From Planctomycetota bacterium (GTDB lineage: Bacteria > Planctomycetota > B15-G4 > JADJEK01): a stretch of DNA of 64,000 nucleotides. Positions 19,392 through 30,773 of the stretch are shown here, in pieces. The translations under genes were made by a program, and so were the position numbers. Under the pieces are notes generated by a model, which worked only from the letters and a program-made list of their open reading frames with translations, was not told the DNA's origin and ran no database searches. Position 1 is the stretch's first letter. The number at the start of each line of letters is the position of its first letter. The stretch is taken from contig JBGAIQ010000010.1 of the NCBI GenBank assembly GCA_044225365.1, forward strand, positions 64,001 to 128,000, given 5' to 3'.

Positions 19392-19412
19392 GTCGCGGCA
19401 GCGCCAGGGGCC

Positions 19413-20096
19413 CTACCTTCGCACGACGAGCTGGAGCAGTTGCCCCGCGCAGCGAATCACGGGCGCCGCGAGAGCTTCGCGCTCCATGACACCGAACTCG
19501 CCCTCGCCGAAATAGAGCCCGTCGGAGACGAGGAACGAGAGGCGGATGTTGCCACGCTTCGGAGGCAGGAGTCGCTGCTTGTCCCACGGTCCGATCTGAT
19601 TCACGATCGGTCGTGATGCCGCGAGCAACTCGCGACCCTTCTCGACCACGTCCTTCGGGCCGTCCTCGAAGATCGAAACTCGCCCCGATTGATTGAGATA
19701 TCGGACGCGCCCGTCGCTGTAGGCCGCGAGGACATCGAGTCCCTGATCGAGTGGGACTTCGACGACGACGCCTTCGAGCTTCTTCTGCGGCACGGTTCGC
19801 CCGTGCGTTCGCAGCCAATGGTACGCGAGCAAGCGAACGCGACTCTCGGCCGTGGTGTCCTGCGTGATCGCGTCGATGGCGACGGGATCGGGCGACGCCG
19901 CGAACAGCGTCGACTGCCATTTCGGAACGTGACTCGCCGACTCCCCACGCGGCCGATACAGCTCGGGAAGGTCGCAGAACAGCATGTGATAGAGCAGGTT
20001 TACTTCGCCCTGGGCGTAGGGACCTTGAACATGGATCGGTGGCGGCGCCGCAGCGGTGCTTCCGAGACCGAGGCTCTTCTTCAGCTTGTCGAACAT
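19413..20096 (-). CDS. Hypothetical protein
   Basis: 227-aa ORF with natural composition and ATG start, filling the gap between ygfZ and the mutase gene. Confidence 0.7.
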   Translation of the reverse strand: MFDKLKKSLGLGSTAAAPPPIHVQGPYAQGEVNLLYHMLFCDLPELYRPRGESASHVPKWQSTLFAASPDPVAIDAITQDTTAESRVRLLAYHWLRTHGRTVPQKKLEGVVVEVPLDQGLDVLAAYSDGRVRYLNQSGRVSIFEDGPKDVVEKGRELLAASRPIVNQIGPWDKQRLLPPKRGNIRLSFLVSDGLYFGEGEFGVMEREALAAPVIRCAGQLLQLVVRR

Positions 20097-20121
20097 CGAT
20101 GCCGCCTTTCCACCGCGTGCG

Positions 20122-21704
<1,583 letters not shown>

Positions 21705-21708
<4 letters not shown>

Positions 21709-22688
21709 TTCTTGAGCGCCCGGTAGTGGTCGAGCAGGGACTGCATATCGGCGGGCAGCGGCGCTTCGAACTCGAGCGATTCGCCCGTCGCGGGATGCGT
21801 GAACTGGATGCGGTGAGCGTGGAGCGCGTGGCGCCCGATGAGGGGAGGCAACCCTTTCGCGGCGCGCTCGCGGCGCTCCTGTTCGGACTTCTGAGAGTAC
21901 TTCTTGCCGTACATCGGATCGGCGAACACGGGATGCCCGATGTGAGCGAGGTGGACGCGAATCTGATGCGTACGCCCGGTGAACGGCATCGCCTTCAAGT
22001 ACGTCACGTCGCCGAGCCGCTCGATGACCTCGTAGTACGTCGACGACGCCTTGCCGGCGGTCTCGTCGATGCGCATGCGGTCGTGGCGCATCGGATCGTC
22101 TCCGATCGGAAGGTCGATGTAATCGGAATCGAAGGGCACCGAACCGACGACGATCGCGCGGTACTCCTTCTTGACCCGCTTCTCCTTGAACTGCTCGACG
22201 AGCTTGGCGCGTGCATCGTTCGACTTCGCGACGATCATGATGCCGGAGGTGTTCGCATCGAGACGATGCACGATGCCGGGCCGCACCACGACGCCGACCT
22301 TCGCGATCTCCGGATTGCGATGGAGCAGCGCGTTCACGAGCGTGCCGCCCGGGCAGCTCGATCCCGGATGGACGACCATTCCCGCGGGCTTCCGAATCAG
22401 GAGGAGATGCTCGTCCTCGTACGCGACGTCGAGCGGGATCGGCTCAGGCTGCGGCGTCGCCTCCGATTGGGGATGGATCGTGCCGGCGATCACGTCGCCC
22501 GCCTTCACGCGATAGGCCGGCCTTACGCCCGATCCGTTCACCGTGAGCGTTCCGGAGACGACGAGGTCGGTGAGGAACGAGCGGGAGATGGCGGGGAAGA
22601 AGCGCTTCCCGAGGAAGCGATCGATCCGCACGCCGGCTTCGTCCTCGCCGACATGAATCTCGAGGCGATCGTCGCTTTCGTCCATCAT
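21705..22688 (-). CDS. rluD: RluA-family 23S rRNA pseudouridine synthase (RluD-like, with S4 domain)
   Basis: RIDRFL S4 start, KPAGMVVHP, GIVHRLDANTSG, TGRTHQIRVH, ALHAHRI. Confidence 0.9.
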
Positions 22689-22697
22689 CCGGCTCTC

Positions 22698-22846
22698 GTC
22701 AGGGCAGACGGCTGTCTGCCCGGTTTGCTTGCCATGGGAACGACTCGGGCGCACAGCCATGCGCCCCTACAAGGAAACGACGCAGGAACATACCCCCGCA
22801 CGCGGGATGCGAACGACGCGGGAACATGCCCGCGCACGCGTACATC
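22698..22846. repeat. Facing pair of GTAG-type REP hairpins plus a 36-bp direct repeat
   Basis: GGGCAGACGGCTGTCTGCCC (22702-22721); GGGCGCACAGCCATGCGCCCCTAC (22747-22770); AACGACGC.GGAACAT.CCC..GCACGCG at 22776 and 22812. Confidence 0.7.
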
Positions 22847-22913
22847 CGAGCGCGCCGGGCACACCCAGCGAAGTTACCGTATGCGCGCGAAGGGCACACC
22901 GGCGGACGTTTCG

Positions 22914-25571
22914 TCAGCTCGACGGCAGGTCGCCCAGGTTCTTCTTCAGCGCCGCGAGTTCCGAGCGCAGTTCGTCGCGACGCTTCTCCTCGGAAGCGAT
23001 CACGTCGGCGGGCGCGCGCGAGCGGAAGATTTCGTTCGACAACTTGGCGTCGACGGCGTTCAACGCGCCTTCGATCTTGCCGATCTGTTTCTCGAGGTTC
23101 GCGCGCGCCTTGGCGAAATCGACGAGGCCGCGCAACGGGAAGTAGAGCTCGGTCGAACCGATTACCTCGATGTCGCTGTCGCCAGGTCGCGCGAGCTTCA
23201 CGCCGTGCGTCAGCGTCACCTTGGCGAGTTTCTCGACCCAGCTCGCGCAGTCCTTCAACATTGCTTCATGGCCGGGCGACGGGAGCGACGCCGTCACGTC
23301 GATCGTCTTGCCGGGCTCGATCGAGTTGCGCGCGCGCGCGTTGCGGATGCCACGCACGATCTCCTGCAGATACGCGACCTGAGAGTCGGCGACGTCGTCC
23401 TTGGGAAAGGCCGTGGCGTCGGGCCACGGCGCGACGATGAGCGCATCCTGCGCCGCGAGATCCGCGAACCAGTTCTGCTCGCGAATGTGCTTCCAGAGCT
23501 GCTCGGTCAGGAACGGCATCGAGGGATGCAGGAGATGCTGCAGATTGCGCAGCAACGTGGCCACCACGTAGCGGCACGCCTCCCGACTCTCCGCGGGCGC
23601 GGACTCCTCGAGGCGCGGCTTCGCGATCTCGAGGTACCAGTCACAGACGTCGTTCCACGTGAACGCGTAGAGCTCGCGGGCCGATTCGTTGAGGCGGAAA
23701 TTCGAGAGGCAATCCGTGACGTTCGAGATCGCCGCATGCAGGCGCGACAGGATCCAGCGGTCGGCGAGTTCGGTAAATCGCGCGGGCGCCTTCACGGGGC
23801 CTTCGCCGACCTTCATGATCGCGAAGCGAGCCGCGTTCCAGATCTTGTTCGCGAAGTTGCGGCCCTTCTCGATCTTCGTGGGCGACAGCTTCGTGTCCTG
23901 CCCCTCGACCGTGAGGTCGATGAGCGAGTAGCGCATCGCGTCGGCGCCGTAGTTGTCGATGAGTTCGATCGGGTCGATGCCGTTGCCGAGCGACTTCGAC
24001 ATCTTGCGGCCCTGCTCGTCGAGCACGGTCGAGTGGATGTTGACGTCGCGGAACGGGATCTGGCCGAGATTCTCGAGGCCCATCATCACCATGCGGGCGA
24101 CCCAGAAGAAGATGATGCCGCGGTCCGTCGACAGCGTATTCGTCGGATAGAAGAACTTCAGGTCCTCGGTCGCATCGGGCCAGCCCAGCGTCGAGAACGG
24201 CCACAGCGCCGAGCTGAACCAGGTGTCGAGCACGTCCTCGTCCTGCGTGAGCTGCGTGCTCGCGCACGTTCCGCAACGAGTCGGACGCTCTTCCTCCGCG
24301 GCGAACACGTGCCCCTGATCGCAGGTGAACACGGGGATGCGATGTCCCCACCACAACTGGCGGGAGATGCACCAGTCGCGCACCTCGACGAGCCATCGCT
24401 TGTAGATCGACGCCCAACGTTCGGGATGGAACCGCGGCTCGCCGCGCTCGAGCGCGAGGAGCGCCTGGTCGGCGAGCGGTCGCATCTTCACGAACCATTG
24501 CAGCGATTCGATCGGTTCCACGATCGTGTCGCAGCGATAGCACTGCCCCACCGCGTGGCGATGCGGCTCGATCTTGTCGACGAGGCCCTGTTCCGTGAGA
24601 TCCGCCACGATCTTCTTGCGCGCATCCTCGCGCTTCATGCCCTTGTACGGTCCCGCGTGCTCGTTCAGCACCGCGCGATCGTCCATGATGCGCAGCAGGC
24701 CGAGGGAGTGGCGCGCGCCGATCTCGAAATCGTTCGGATCGTGCGACGGCGTCACCTTCACCGCGCCCGTGCCGAACTCGCGCTCGACCGCATCGTCGTA
24801 CACGATCGGGATCTCGCGATGGAGCAACGGAAGCACGAGGCGTTTGCCCTTCAGATCGGCATACCGCGGATCGGCGGGATGGACCGCGACCGCGAGATCG
24901 CCGAGTATCGTCTCGGGGCGCGTCGTCGCCACGATGACGAAGCGGCCGGGCTCGCCCTTCACGGGATACTTGAGATGCCAGATGAAGCTGTCGCGCTCCG
25001 GCTTCTCGACCTCGTCCTCGGCGAGCGCCGTTTCACAACGCGGGCACCAGTTGATGATGCGTTTGCCGCGATAGACGAGGCCCTTCTCGAACAGTCGCTT
25101 GAAGTTCACGCGCACCGCGCGCGCGAGGCCGTCGTCGAGGGTGAAGCGCGTGCGCGACCAATCGCACGAGCAACCCATGCGCTTCAACTGCTCGAGGATG
25201 CGATTGCCGTAGTCGTTCTTCCAGGCCCACACTCGCTCGAGGAACTTCTCGCGACCGAGCTTGTGGCGCGAGCTGCCTTCCTTCTTGAGTTGCTTCTCCA
25301 CCACGTTCTGCGTCGCGATGCCGGCATGGTCGGTGCCGGGAAGCCACAGCGCGGCCTTCCCCCGCTTGCGTTCGAAGCGCGTGAGCACGTCCTGGATCGT
25401 GTTGTTGAGTCCATGCCCCATGTGGAGCGCGCCCGTGACGTTCGGCGGCGGAATGACGATCGTGTAGGGCTCCTTCGAAGGATCGACCTTCGCGCGGAAG
25501 GCATCCTTCGATTCCCAGAACTTGTAGATCGTCGACTCGACCGATTTGGGTTCGTAGCGCGATTCCATCAT
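22914..25571 (-). CDS. valS: Valine--tRNA ligase
   Basis: PPPNVTGALHMGH (HIGH), DWCISRQLWWGHRIP, KMSKS, C-terminal coiled coil. Confidence 0.97.
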   Translation of the reverse strand: MMESRYEPKSVESTIYKFWESKDAFRAKVDPSKEPYTIVIPPPNVTGALHMGHGLNNTIQDVLTRFERKRGKAALWLPGTDHAGIATQNVVEKQLKKEGSSRHKLGREKFLERVWAWKNDYGNRILEQLKRMGCSCDWSRTRFTLDDGLARAVRVNFKRLFEKGLVYRGKRIINWCPRCETALAEDEVEKPERDSFIWHLKYPVKGEPGRFVIVATTRPETILGDLAVAVHPADPRYADLKGKRLVLPLLHREIPIVYDDAVEREFGTGAVKVTPSHDPNDFEIGARHSLGLLRIMDDRAVLNEHAGPYKGMKREDARKKIVADLTEQGLVDKIEPHRHAVGQCYRCDTIVEPIESLQWFVKMRPLADQALLALERGEPRFHPERWASIYKRWLVEVRDWCISRQLWWGHRIPVFTCDQGHVFAAEEERPTRCGTCASTQLTQDEDVLDTWFSSALWPFSTLGWPDATEDLKFFYPTNTLSTDRGIIFFWVARMVMMGLENLGQIPFRDVNIHSTVLDEQGRKMSKSLGNGIDPIELIDNYGADAMRYSLIDLTVEGQDTKLSPTKIEKGRNFANKIWNAARFAIMKVGEGPVKAPARFTELADRWILSRLHAAISNVTDCLSNFRLNESARELYAFTWNDVCDWYLEIAKPRLEESAPAESREACRYVVATLLRNLQHLLHPSMPFLTEQLWKHIREQNWFADLAAQDALIVAPWPDATAFPKDDVADSQVAYLQEIVRGIRNARARNSIEPGKTIDVTASLPSPGHEAMLKDCASWVEKLAKVTLTHGVKLARPGDSDIEVIGSTELYFPLRGLVDFAKARANLEKQIGKIEGALNAVDAKLSNEIFRSRAPADVIASEEKRRDELRSELAALKKNLGDLPSS

Positions 25572-25586
25572 GGGCTCACGTTTCCA

Positions 25587-25673
25587 GGGACCGCCGGGAC
25601 CGCCGGGACCGCCGGGACCGCCAGGCTCTGCCTGGCTGCATTTCAGAAATGCCGCGCTGGAGCGCGGCGGTCC
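25587..25673. repeat. 4x GGGACCGCC tandem plus an inverted pair of GGACCGCC-type REPs
   Basis: 9-bp unit x4 (25587-25622) ending in hairpin GCCAGGCTCTGCCTGGC, facing GCCGCGCTGGAGCGCGGCGGTCC (25651-25673). Confidence 0.85.
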
Positions 25674-25706
25674 CGAGGATCTCGGAGCGATCGACAGCGA
25701 TCACGT

Positions 25707-26564
25707 TCAGGACGACTTCTCGATGGCCGCCGCTTCGGCCTCGTACTTCTTCGCCGCGGCGGCGTCGCCGAGATCGGCGCAGATCTTCGCGAGGTCCTTC
25801 ATCACCGGGACCGCCTGCTTCTTCGGGCGATGCGCTTCTTCCGCGATCTTCAGCATCTTCTCGAGCTGCTCGCGCGCGGACTTGTTGTCGCCCTTCTTCT
25901 GGTACGCGCTGCCGAGCGCGCGATACGAGCGCAGCATGCCGGTGTGACGGATCGAGCCGAAGATCTCGGCGCCCTTCTTGTGATGAGCGATGGCGCCGTC
26001 GAAGTCGTTCGCGCCGAAGGCGAGATCGCCGAGCGCCTGATGCGCCTGGGCCTCGCCCCACAGATCGCCGAGGGGCGCCGCGAGCTTCAGCGATTCGTCG
26101 TAGTGCTTCTTCGCTTCGTCGAGATTCTTCGCCTTCTGCGCCGACTGGCCGGCATGGAACTCTTCCTGGCCCTTGCGGAACTGCTTCTGCTGATCCGCGG
26201 TCCAGCCCTTCCACGCCTTCGCGTAGCGGCTGTAGCCATCGCCGCCGAGCGCCTTGTCGGCGCGCGCCGCGGCCTCGATCGCGGCGTCCAGCTCCGACTG
26301 CGGATTCGCGACCTTCTCGTTCCCCTCGGCCTTGCCCTCGACGTTCGCGAGCCACGTCTCGAGATGACCGTCGATCATCCCGATCACTTCGTAGGGGCGC
26401 TCCTTGAACAGCTTCTCGATCGCGGCGTCGTCCTTCTTGGCGAGCGCGGCGGCGTAGACCTGGTCCATGGAGATGCCGCTCTGGGCCGGCGCCGCACCTG
26501 CTTGCAAGGCGAGCGTCGACGGCGTGGCGAGAGCGAACGAAAGGGCGATGGATTCGAGAATCAT
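25707..26564 (-). CDS. Exported TPR-repeat protein
   Basis: Signal peptide MILESIALSFALATPSTLA; TPR repeats (GDLWGEAQAHQALG); purine-rich RBS upstream. Confidence 0.8.
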   Translation of the reverse strand: MILESIALSFALATPSTLALQAGAAPAQSGISMDQVYAAALAKKDDAAIEKLFKERPYEVIGMIDGHLETWLANVEGKAEGNEKVANPQSELDAAIEAAARADKALGGDGYSRYAKAWKGWTADQQKQFRKGQEEFHAGQSAQKAKNLDEAKKHYDESLKLAAPLGDLWGEAQAHQALGDLAFGANDFDGAIAHHKKGAEIFGSIRHTGMLRSYRALGSAYQKKGDNKSAREQLEKMLKIAEEAHRPKKQAVPVMKDLAKICADLGDAAAAKKYEAEAAAIEKSS

Positions 26565-26595
26565 GGTTTCCTCCGGCGATTCGAAGCCGGGGAGT

Positions 26596-27471
26596 TTACC
26601 AATCCCGCGAGCCCGAAAAGCCCTTCCTCGCCTGCCGCGGCGTGATTCCGAATTCCCGCAGGAAAGTCGAGCTGAAATGGCTGTGGCTCGAGAAGCCCAG
26701 CTCGAATGCAAGACGGGTCAGATCGTCAGCCCCGGTTCGGATGCGATCGAGAGCATGGCGCAGGCGCAGTCGAGTGAGCGCGCGGTGCAGCGTCGTGCCC
26801 GCAACCTTCTTGAAGACCTTGGCGGCGTGCCAGGGCGAACAGCGAACCTCCGCCGCGATGTCGGCGAGCCGCAGCGGCTCGGTGTACCGCTCGTTCAGGA
26901 CGGCGCGCATGCGATCGACGCGCAATCGTTCGACCGCGCTGCCCTCCGACGGGAACGCGCCTTCTCGTCCGCTCCTCACCGCTTCGCGGACCAGATCGAA
27001 CACGACCTCCTCGACTTCGAGTGGATCCGACGCGGACTCCGAGGCTGCGCGTTCGAGCCGAGCGAGTACGCGATGCAGAGCGAGGTCGAAACGCGGTAGG
27101 GTCCGCGCATCCGTCCGATCGAACGTCCTGGCTCGCGAGTCGATCTCGAGCATCGCGAGCGCGGACTCGTGGAGACGGATCGTCGTTCCGGCGTTGAACT
27201 CTCCGACGGGATGTCTCACCTCGAACGATTCATCGCGCTCGAAGAAGACCGCCGTCCCCGGATCCGCGAACGCTCGCCTCCGACCGCATCGCTTCTCGAA
27301 CGCTCCGACGTGCATGAACTCGATCGCCGCGTACCCGGTGAAGCCGACCGCGTTCGCGGGATGCCGTTGCCGATGCCACCCCGTGCGAACGACCTCGATT
27401 CCATGCGCCGCGAACAGCGTCGAGGCCGTCAGGCGATCCGCGATCGGACTTCTCGGGTACGAGTACGTCAT
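26596..27471 (-). CDS. AraC-family transcriptional regulator
   Basis: C-terminal LAFELGFSSHSHFSSTFLREFGITP double HTH; start uncertain (27471 or 27540). Confidence 0.9.
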   Translation of the reverse strand: MTYSYPRSPIADRLTASTLFAAHGIEVVRTGWHRQRHPANAVGFTGYAAIEFMHVGAFEKRCGRRRAFADPGTAVFFERDESFEVRHPVGEFNAGTTIRLHESALAMLEIDSRARTFDRTDARTLPRFDLALHRVLARLERAASESASDPLEVEEVVFDLVREAVRSGREGAFPSEGSAVERLRVDRMRAVLNERYTEPLRLADIAAEVRCSPWHAAKVFKKVAGTTLHRALTRLRLRHALDRIRTGADDLTRLAFELGFSSHSHFSSTFLREFGITPRQARKGFSGSRDW

Positions 27472-27565
27472 CGAGAGTCCACTACGACGACGCCAAGGTT
27501 TTGATAGTCGCGCGTCGGGAATCGCGGCATTCTCACCCATGGTCGAGCCAGATAGGAAGATCGCG

Positions 27566-29194
27566 ATGCACAGTTCGATTCGATTCCCTGCAGTTCTCTT
27601 TGGACTCCTCGCCCTTGCGCCGGCGGCGATCGGCGCAACCGTCGATTATGCCGGCTGGGTATACACCTCGGCCTACGGCGACTTCCCCATCCGCTTCCAC
27701 GTCGATCTCGACGGCAAGACGCCGACCCTCACGTACGACTCGCCGGCCGCGAAGGCGTTCGCCCTTCCCGTCGTGAACCTCGTGCGATCGGGCGACCTCC
27801 TGACGTTCGAACGCAACGTCGGAGACAAAGCGAATTGGATCTTCAAGGCGAGGATCGCGGGCGAGTCCTTCACCGGTGACCTCTACCTCGGCGACGTGCA
27901 CCTCGGCGATTTCGACGCGACCAGGACGCCGCTGCCGATCGAGCCGACGCGCCCCGACCGTTACACCGATTGCGCGGGCACCTTTCGCGCCGCCGATGGA
28001 TCGACGCTCCTCGTGACCACGTGGCAGTGGGGCGAACTGCGCCTCCTCGATCTCGCCGCCGGCGCCGAGCGCACGCTCTTCTGCATGGGCGAGGACCAGT
28101 TCTTCAGCGGGTCCGCGATGTACGTTCCCTCGCCCCTCGAATCGAGGATCACGTTCGTGCGCAATGCCGACGACGACGTGATCGGCCTCGATCGCGCCGA
28201 TGCGAAGACGTCGAAGCACTACGTCTTCACCCCGCCCCGCGAGGAGGACGTGACCTTCACGAGCGATGGACTCACCCTCCACGGCACGCTCACGTTTCCC
28301 GCCGGAGAACCCCCCTATCCCGCGATGGTCGTCCTCGGAGGTTCGAACTGGACGACCCGTGCGACGGTGAGCCGCGATGCCGCCCTATTCGCGTCGCTCG
28401 GCCTCGCCGTCCTCACGTACGATCAGCGCGGCTTCGGCGAAACCGGCGGCGACGAAGTGTGTTCGTTCGAGCAGACGGCCGCCGATGCGCGCGCCAGCGC
28501 GGCGATGCTCGCAGGACGTAAGGACATCGACAAGACGCGCATCGGCGTGACGGGCACGAGCCGCGGCGGCTGGACTGCTCCGCTCGCGGCGAGCAACGGT
28601 CACGGATTCGCGTTCGTCGTCATCAAGGTTCCGCCCGCCGTCTCTCCCGCGCAGCAGGAATACACTCGACGCTTGAATCTGTTCTGCTCGACGCCGCGCA
28701 GCGACGCCGACATCACGCTCGCGAAGCGATACCTCGATGCGGCGATGCTCCGGACCCAGTCCGACGCCGCATGGGAGAGCTTCTCGAAGGTCCGCGAGGA
28801 AGTGACGCAACGCGAGGGTTGGCTCGACATCCTGCTCGCCGTGGGGAATCGCGACGAACCGGACTACGCCTGGGAGAAACTCAATTTCCACTACGATCCG
28901 GTCCCGACGCTCTCGAAGGTCTCGTGCCCAGTCCTTGCTCTCTTCGGCGAGCGCGACGACAACGTGGTGCCCGCGGACAACGTGCCCATGATGAAGGCGG
29001 CTTTCGAGAAGGGCGGCAATCACGACGCGACGATCGTGATCGTGAAGGGCGCGAACCACGGTCTCGTTCCCGTCCCCGAGAAGGGCCCTCCGCTTCCGCT
29101 TCATCGCTTCACGGGGGCCTGCCCCGAGGTGTACAGCACGATGGGAGATTGGTTGCGAAAACGGGGATTTGCGGGCGCGGCGGCAAAGAAGTGA
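27566..29194 (+). CDS. Exported alpha/beta hydrolase (S9/S15-like)
   Basis: Signal peptide MHSSIRF..APAAIGA; YDQRGFG, GTSRGG nucleophile, GERDDNV Asp and GANHG His. The upstream part of the 850-aa track ORF is antisense to araC. Confidence 0.85.
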   Translation: MHSSIRFPAVLFGLLALAPAAIGATVDYAGWVYTSAYGDFPIRFHVDLDGKTPTLTYDSPAAKAFALPVVNLVRSGDLLTFERNVGDKANWIFKARIAGESFTGDLYLGDVHLGDFDATRTPLPIEPTRPDRYTDCAGTFRAADGSTLLVTTWQWGELRLLDLAAGAERTLFCMGEDQFFSGSAMYVPSPLESRITFVRNADDDVIGLDRADAKTSKHYVFTPPREEDVTFTSDGLTLHGTLTFPAGEPPYPAMVVLGGSNWTTRATVSRDAALFASLGLAVLTYDQRGFGETGGDEVCSFEQTAADARASAAMLAGRKDIDKTRIGVTGTSRGGWTAPLAASNGHGFAFVVIKVPPAVSPAQQEYTRRLNLFCSTPRSDADITLAKRYLDAAMLRTQSDAAWESFSKVREEVTQREGWLDILLAVGNRDEPDYAWEKLNFHYDPVPTLSKVSCPVLALFGERDDNVVPADNVPMMKAAFEKGGNHDATIVIVKGANHGLVPVPEKGPPLPLHRFTGACPEVYSTMGDWLRKRGFAGAAAKK

Positions 29195-29221
29195 GCGAAG
29201 CTTCGAGCCGGAGGGCGTGAG

Positions 29222-30544
29222 CTACTTTCCGACCTTGTTCTCTCCGGGCGGTTTCTTCGGCGTCCGATCGATACCCGCCTTCGCCGCGAGCCGATTCAGC
29301 TCGGCCTCCAGCCGTTGGCTCTCACCCATCAGGCAGGTTCCGCACCACGACTCGTACGGATACTTCGACCCCGAGGCGAGCATCCAATCGTAGGCCTCGG
29401 GGAAGCGACCCGCAGACTCGTGCGCCTTGGAGATCTCCACGGCGGCGCGATGGCGATAGTTCCGATAGGGCTGCAGCAGTGTATTCGGTTCCTTGTCGTC
29501 GACGTCCGAGTCGAAGAGTCGGGTGAGGTAGACGATCGCCGGATCCGCGTGATCGAGTTCGCGCAGAACGAATCCCGTGTTGAACGCGGATCGACCCCAA
29601 TCCGGTACGTCGCGATTCCCATCGGCGACAGTTGCGAAAAGCACCGCGGCACGAACCTTGTGATTCGCGGCGAGTTCTCCGTCTGCAAGCCGAGAGAGCG
29701 CCGAGGCTCGAAGTCCGGGATCCTGCGATGCACCCGACAAGAGCGCCGTCGCCTCGATCATGTCGCGCTTGAAGCGGTAATCGCCGCTTCCATCCATGCT
29801 CGTTCCACAGACAGCAGCGATGCGTTCGACGATCTTGGCGCGAGCGCTGAGGTCGTGCGTCTTGTCGAGAAGCGTCCAGCAGAAATCGAGTCGCGCGATC
29901 GCAAGAGCATCGGCATCGCACCTGCCCAGGACGTCGAGCCAGTTCAGCCGCGAGTCGAGGTCTTCGGGCGAAGCCGCGAGCCGATCGATCGCGAGTGCGG
30001 CAAGATCCCGTTCCCGCGGATACTTCTCAGCCCGAATGACTTCTTTGACTTCGGAGTATTTCGCTGCTCGTACCAAGTTCCACGCCCTTGCGAGCGGTTC
30101 GCCACGGTCCGTGTCGGTCGATACTCCTGCGGCGATGGCGGCAGTCGCGTCGTCTCCTCCACACCACACCCACGCGCGCATGGGCATCGTGTACTCGAAC
30201 GGCCAGCTCGGGTCCGTGCGCTCGAATTCGCTTCTCATCGCCGCCCTGCGCTGCTGGACATCCTCGATCGCAAAGATCCTCTGTACCGCACGCATTGCTT
30301 CGCCGTGCACCGACTTCCACTTCGAAAGGAGCGCTTCAGCGCGTCCGACATCCTCGGCGGTGGGAGCGAGGGCGGCGCTCAGGAATTTCGAATCGTCGGG
30401 AGCGAGAACGAATCCGAGTCGGGCCGCGCGTGCCCCGGCGGACTCTTGAACCACGCGATCTACGATCGTCGCACTGGTGGTCGGTGGCATGACGACGGCA
30501 GCAAAGAGCCATGGGATGCAGTGCGCAAGAATCGAGGTCGTCAT
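29222..30544 (-). CDS. Hypothetical helical/TPR-like protein with C-terminal WCGTC motif
   Basis: Hydrophobic N-terminus, helical repeats, YPYESWCGTC. Confidence 0.65.
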   Translation of the reverse strand: MTTSILAHCIPWLFAAVVMPPTTSATIVDRVVQESAGARAARLGFVLAPDDSKFLSAALAPTAEDVGRAEALLSKWKSVHGEAMRAVQRIFAIEDVQQRRAAMRSEFERTDPSWPFEYTMPMRAWVWCGGDDATAAIAAGVSTDTDRGEPLARAWNLVRAAKYSEVKEVIRAEKYPRERDLAALAIDRLAASPEDLDSRLNWLDVLGRCDADALAIARLDFCWTLLDKTHDLSARAKIVERIAAVCGTSMDGSGDYRFKRDMIEATALLSGASQDPGLRASALSRLADGELAANHKVRAAVLFATVADGNRDVPDWGRSAFNTGFVLRELDHADPAIVYLTRLFDSDVDDKEPNTLLQPYRNYRHRAAVEISKAHESAGRFPEAYDWMLASGSKYPYESWCGTCLMGESQRLEAELNRLAAKAGIDRTPKKPPGENKVGK

Positions 30545-30773
30545 GAGATTCACTTCCGACGAATGGCAAGGCTCTCGCACGTTTCGTTCCGCAAGTGCGC
30601 GAGCGACTCGAGCGATCGGATCGCCGCGAAACGGCGGAACTCGCGCGAAGTTCGAACGATTTCCGTAGCGGACGCTTCCGGGAACGGACGATCGTCACCC
30701 TTCGGAACTGCTGATCTCGAAGACCTCCTCGCGAGCCATCGTCATGATGCCGCACCCGCGATACGATCCGGGA

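Noticed and set aside
25570-25640. Collagen-like GPPGPPGPP peptide in ORF 25570..25947
   Set aside because: It is only the translation of the 9-bp GGGACCGCC repeat, and the ORF is antisense to a real gene.
26642-27565. N-terminal 308 aa of the 850-aa + ORF
   Set aside because: Antisense to araC; the hydrolase starts at 27566 with a signal peptide.
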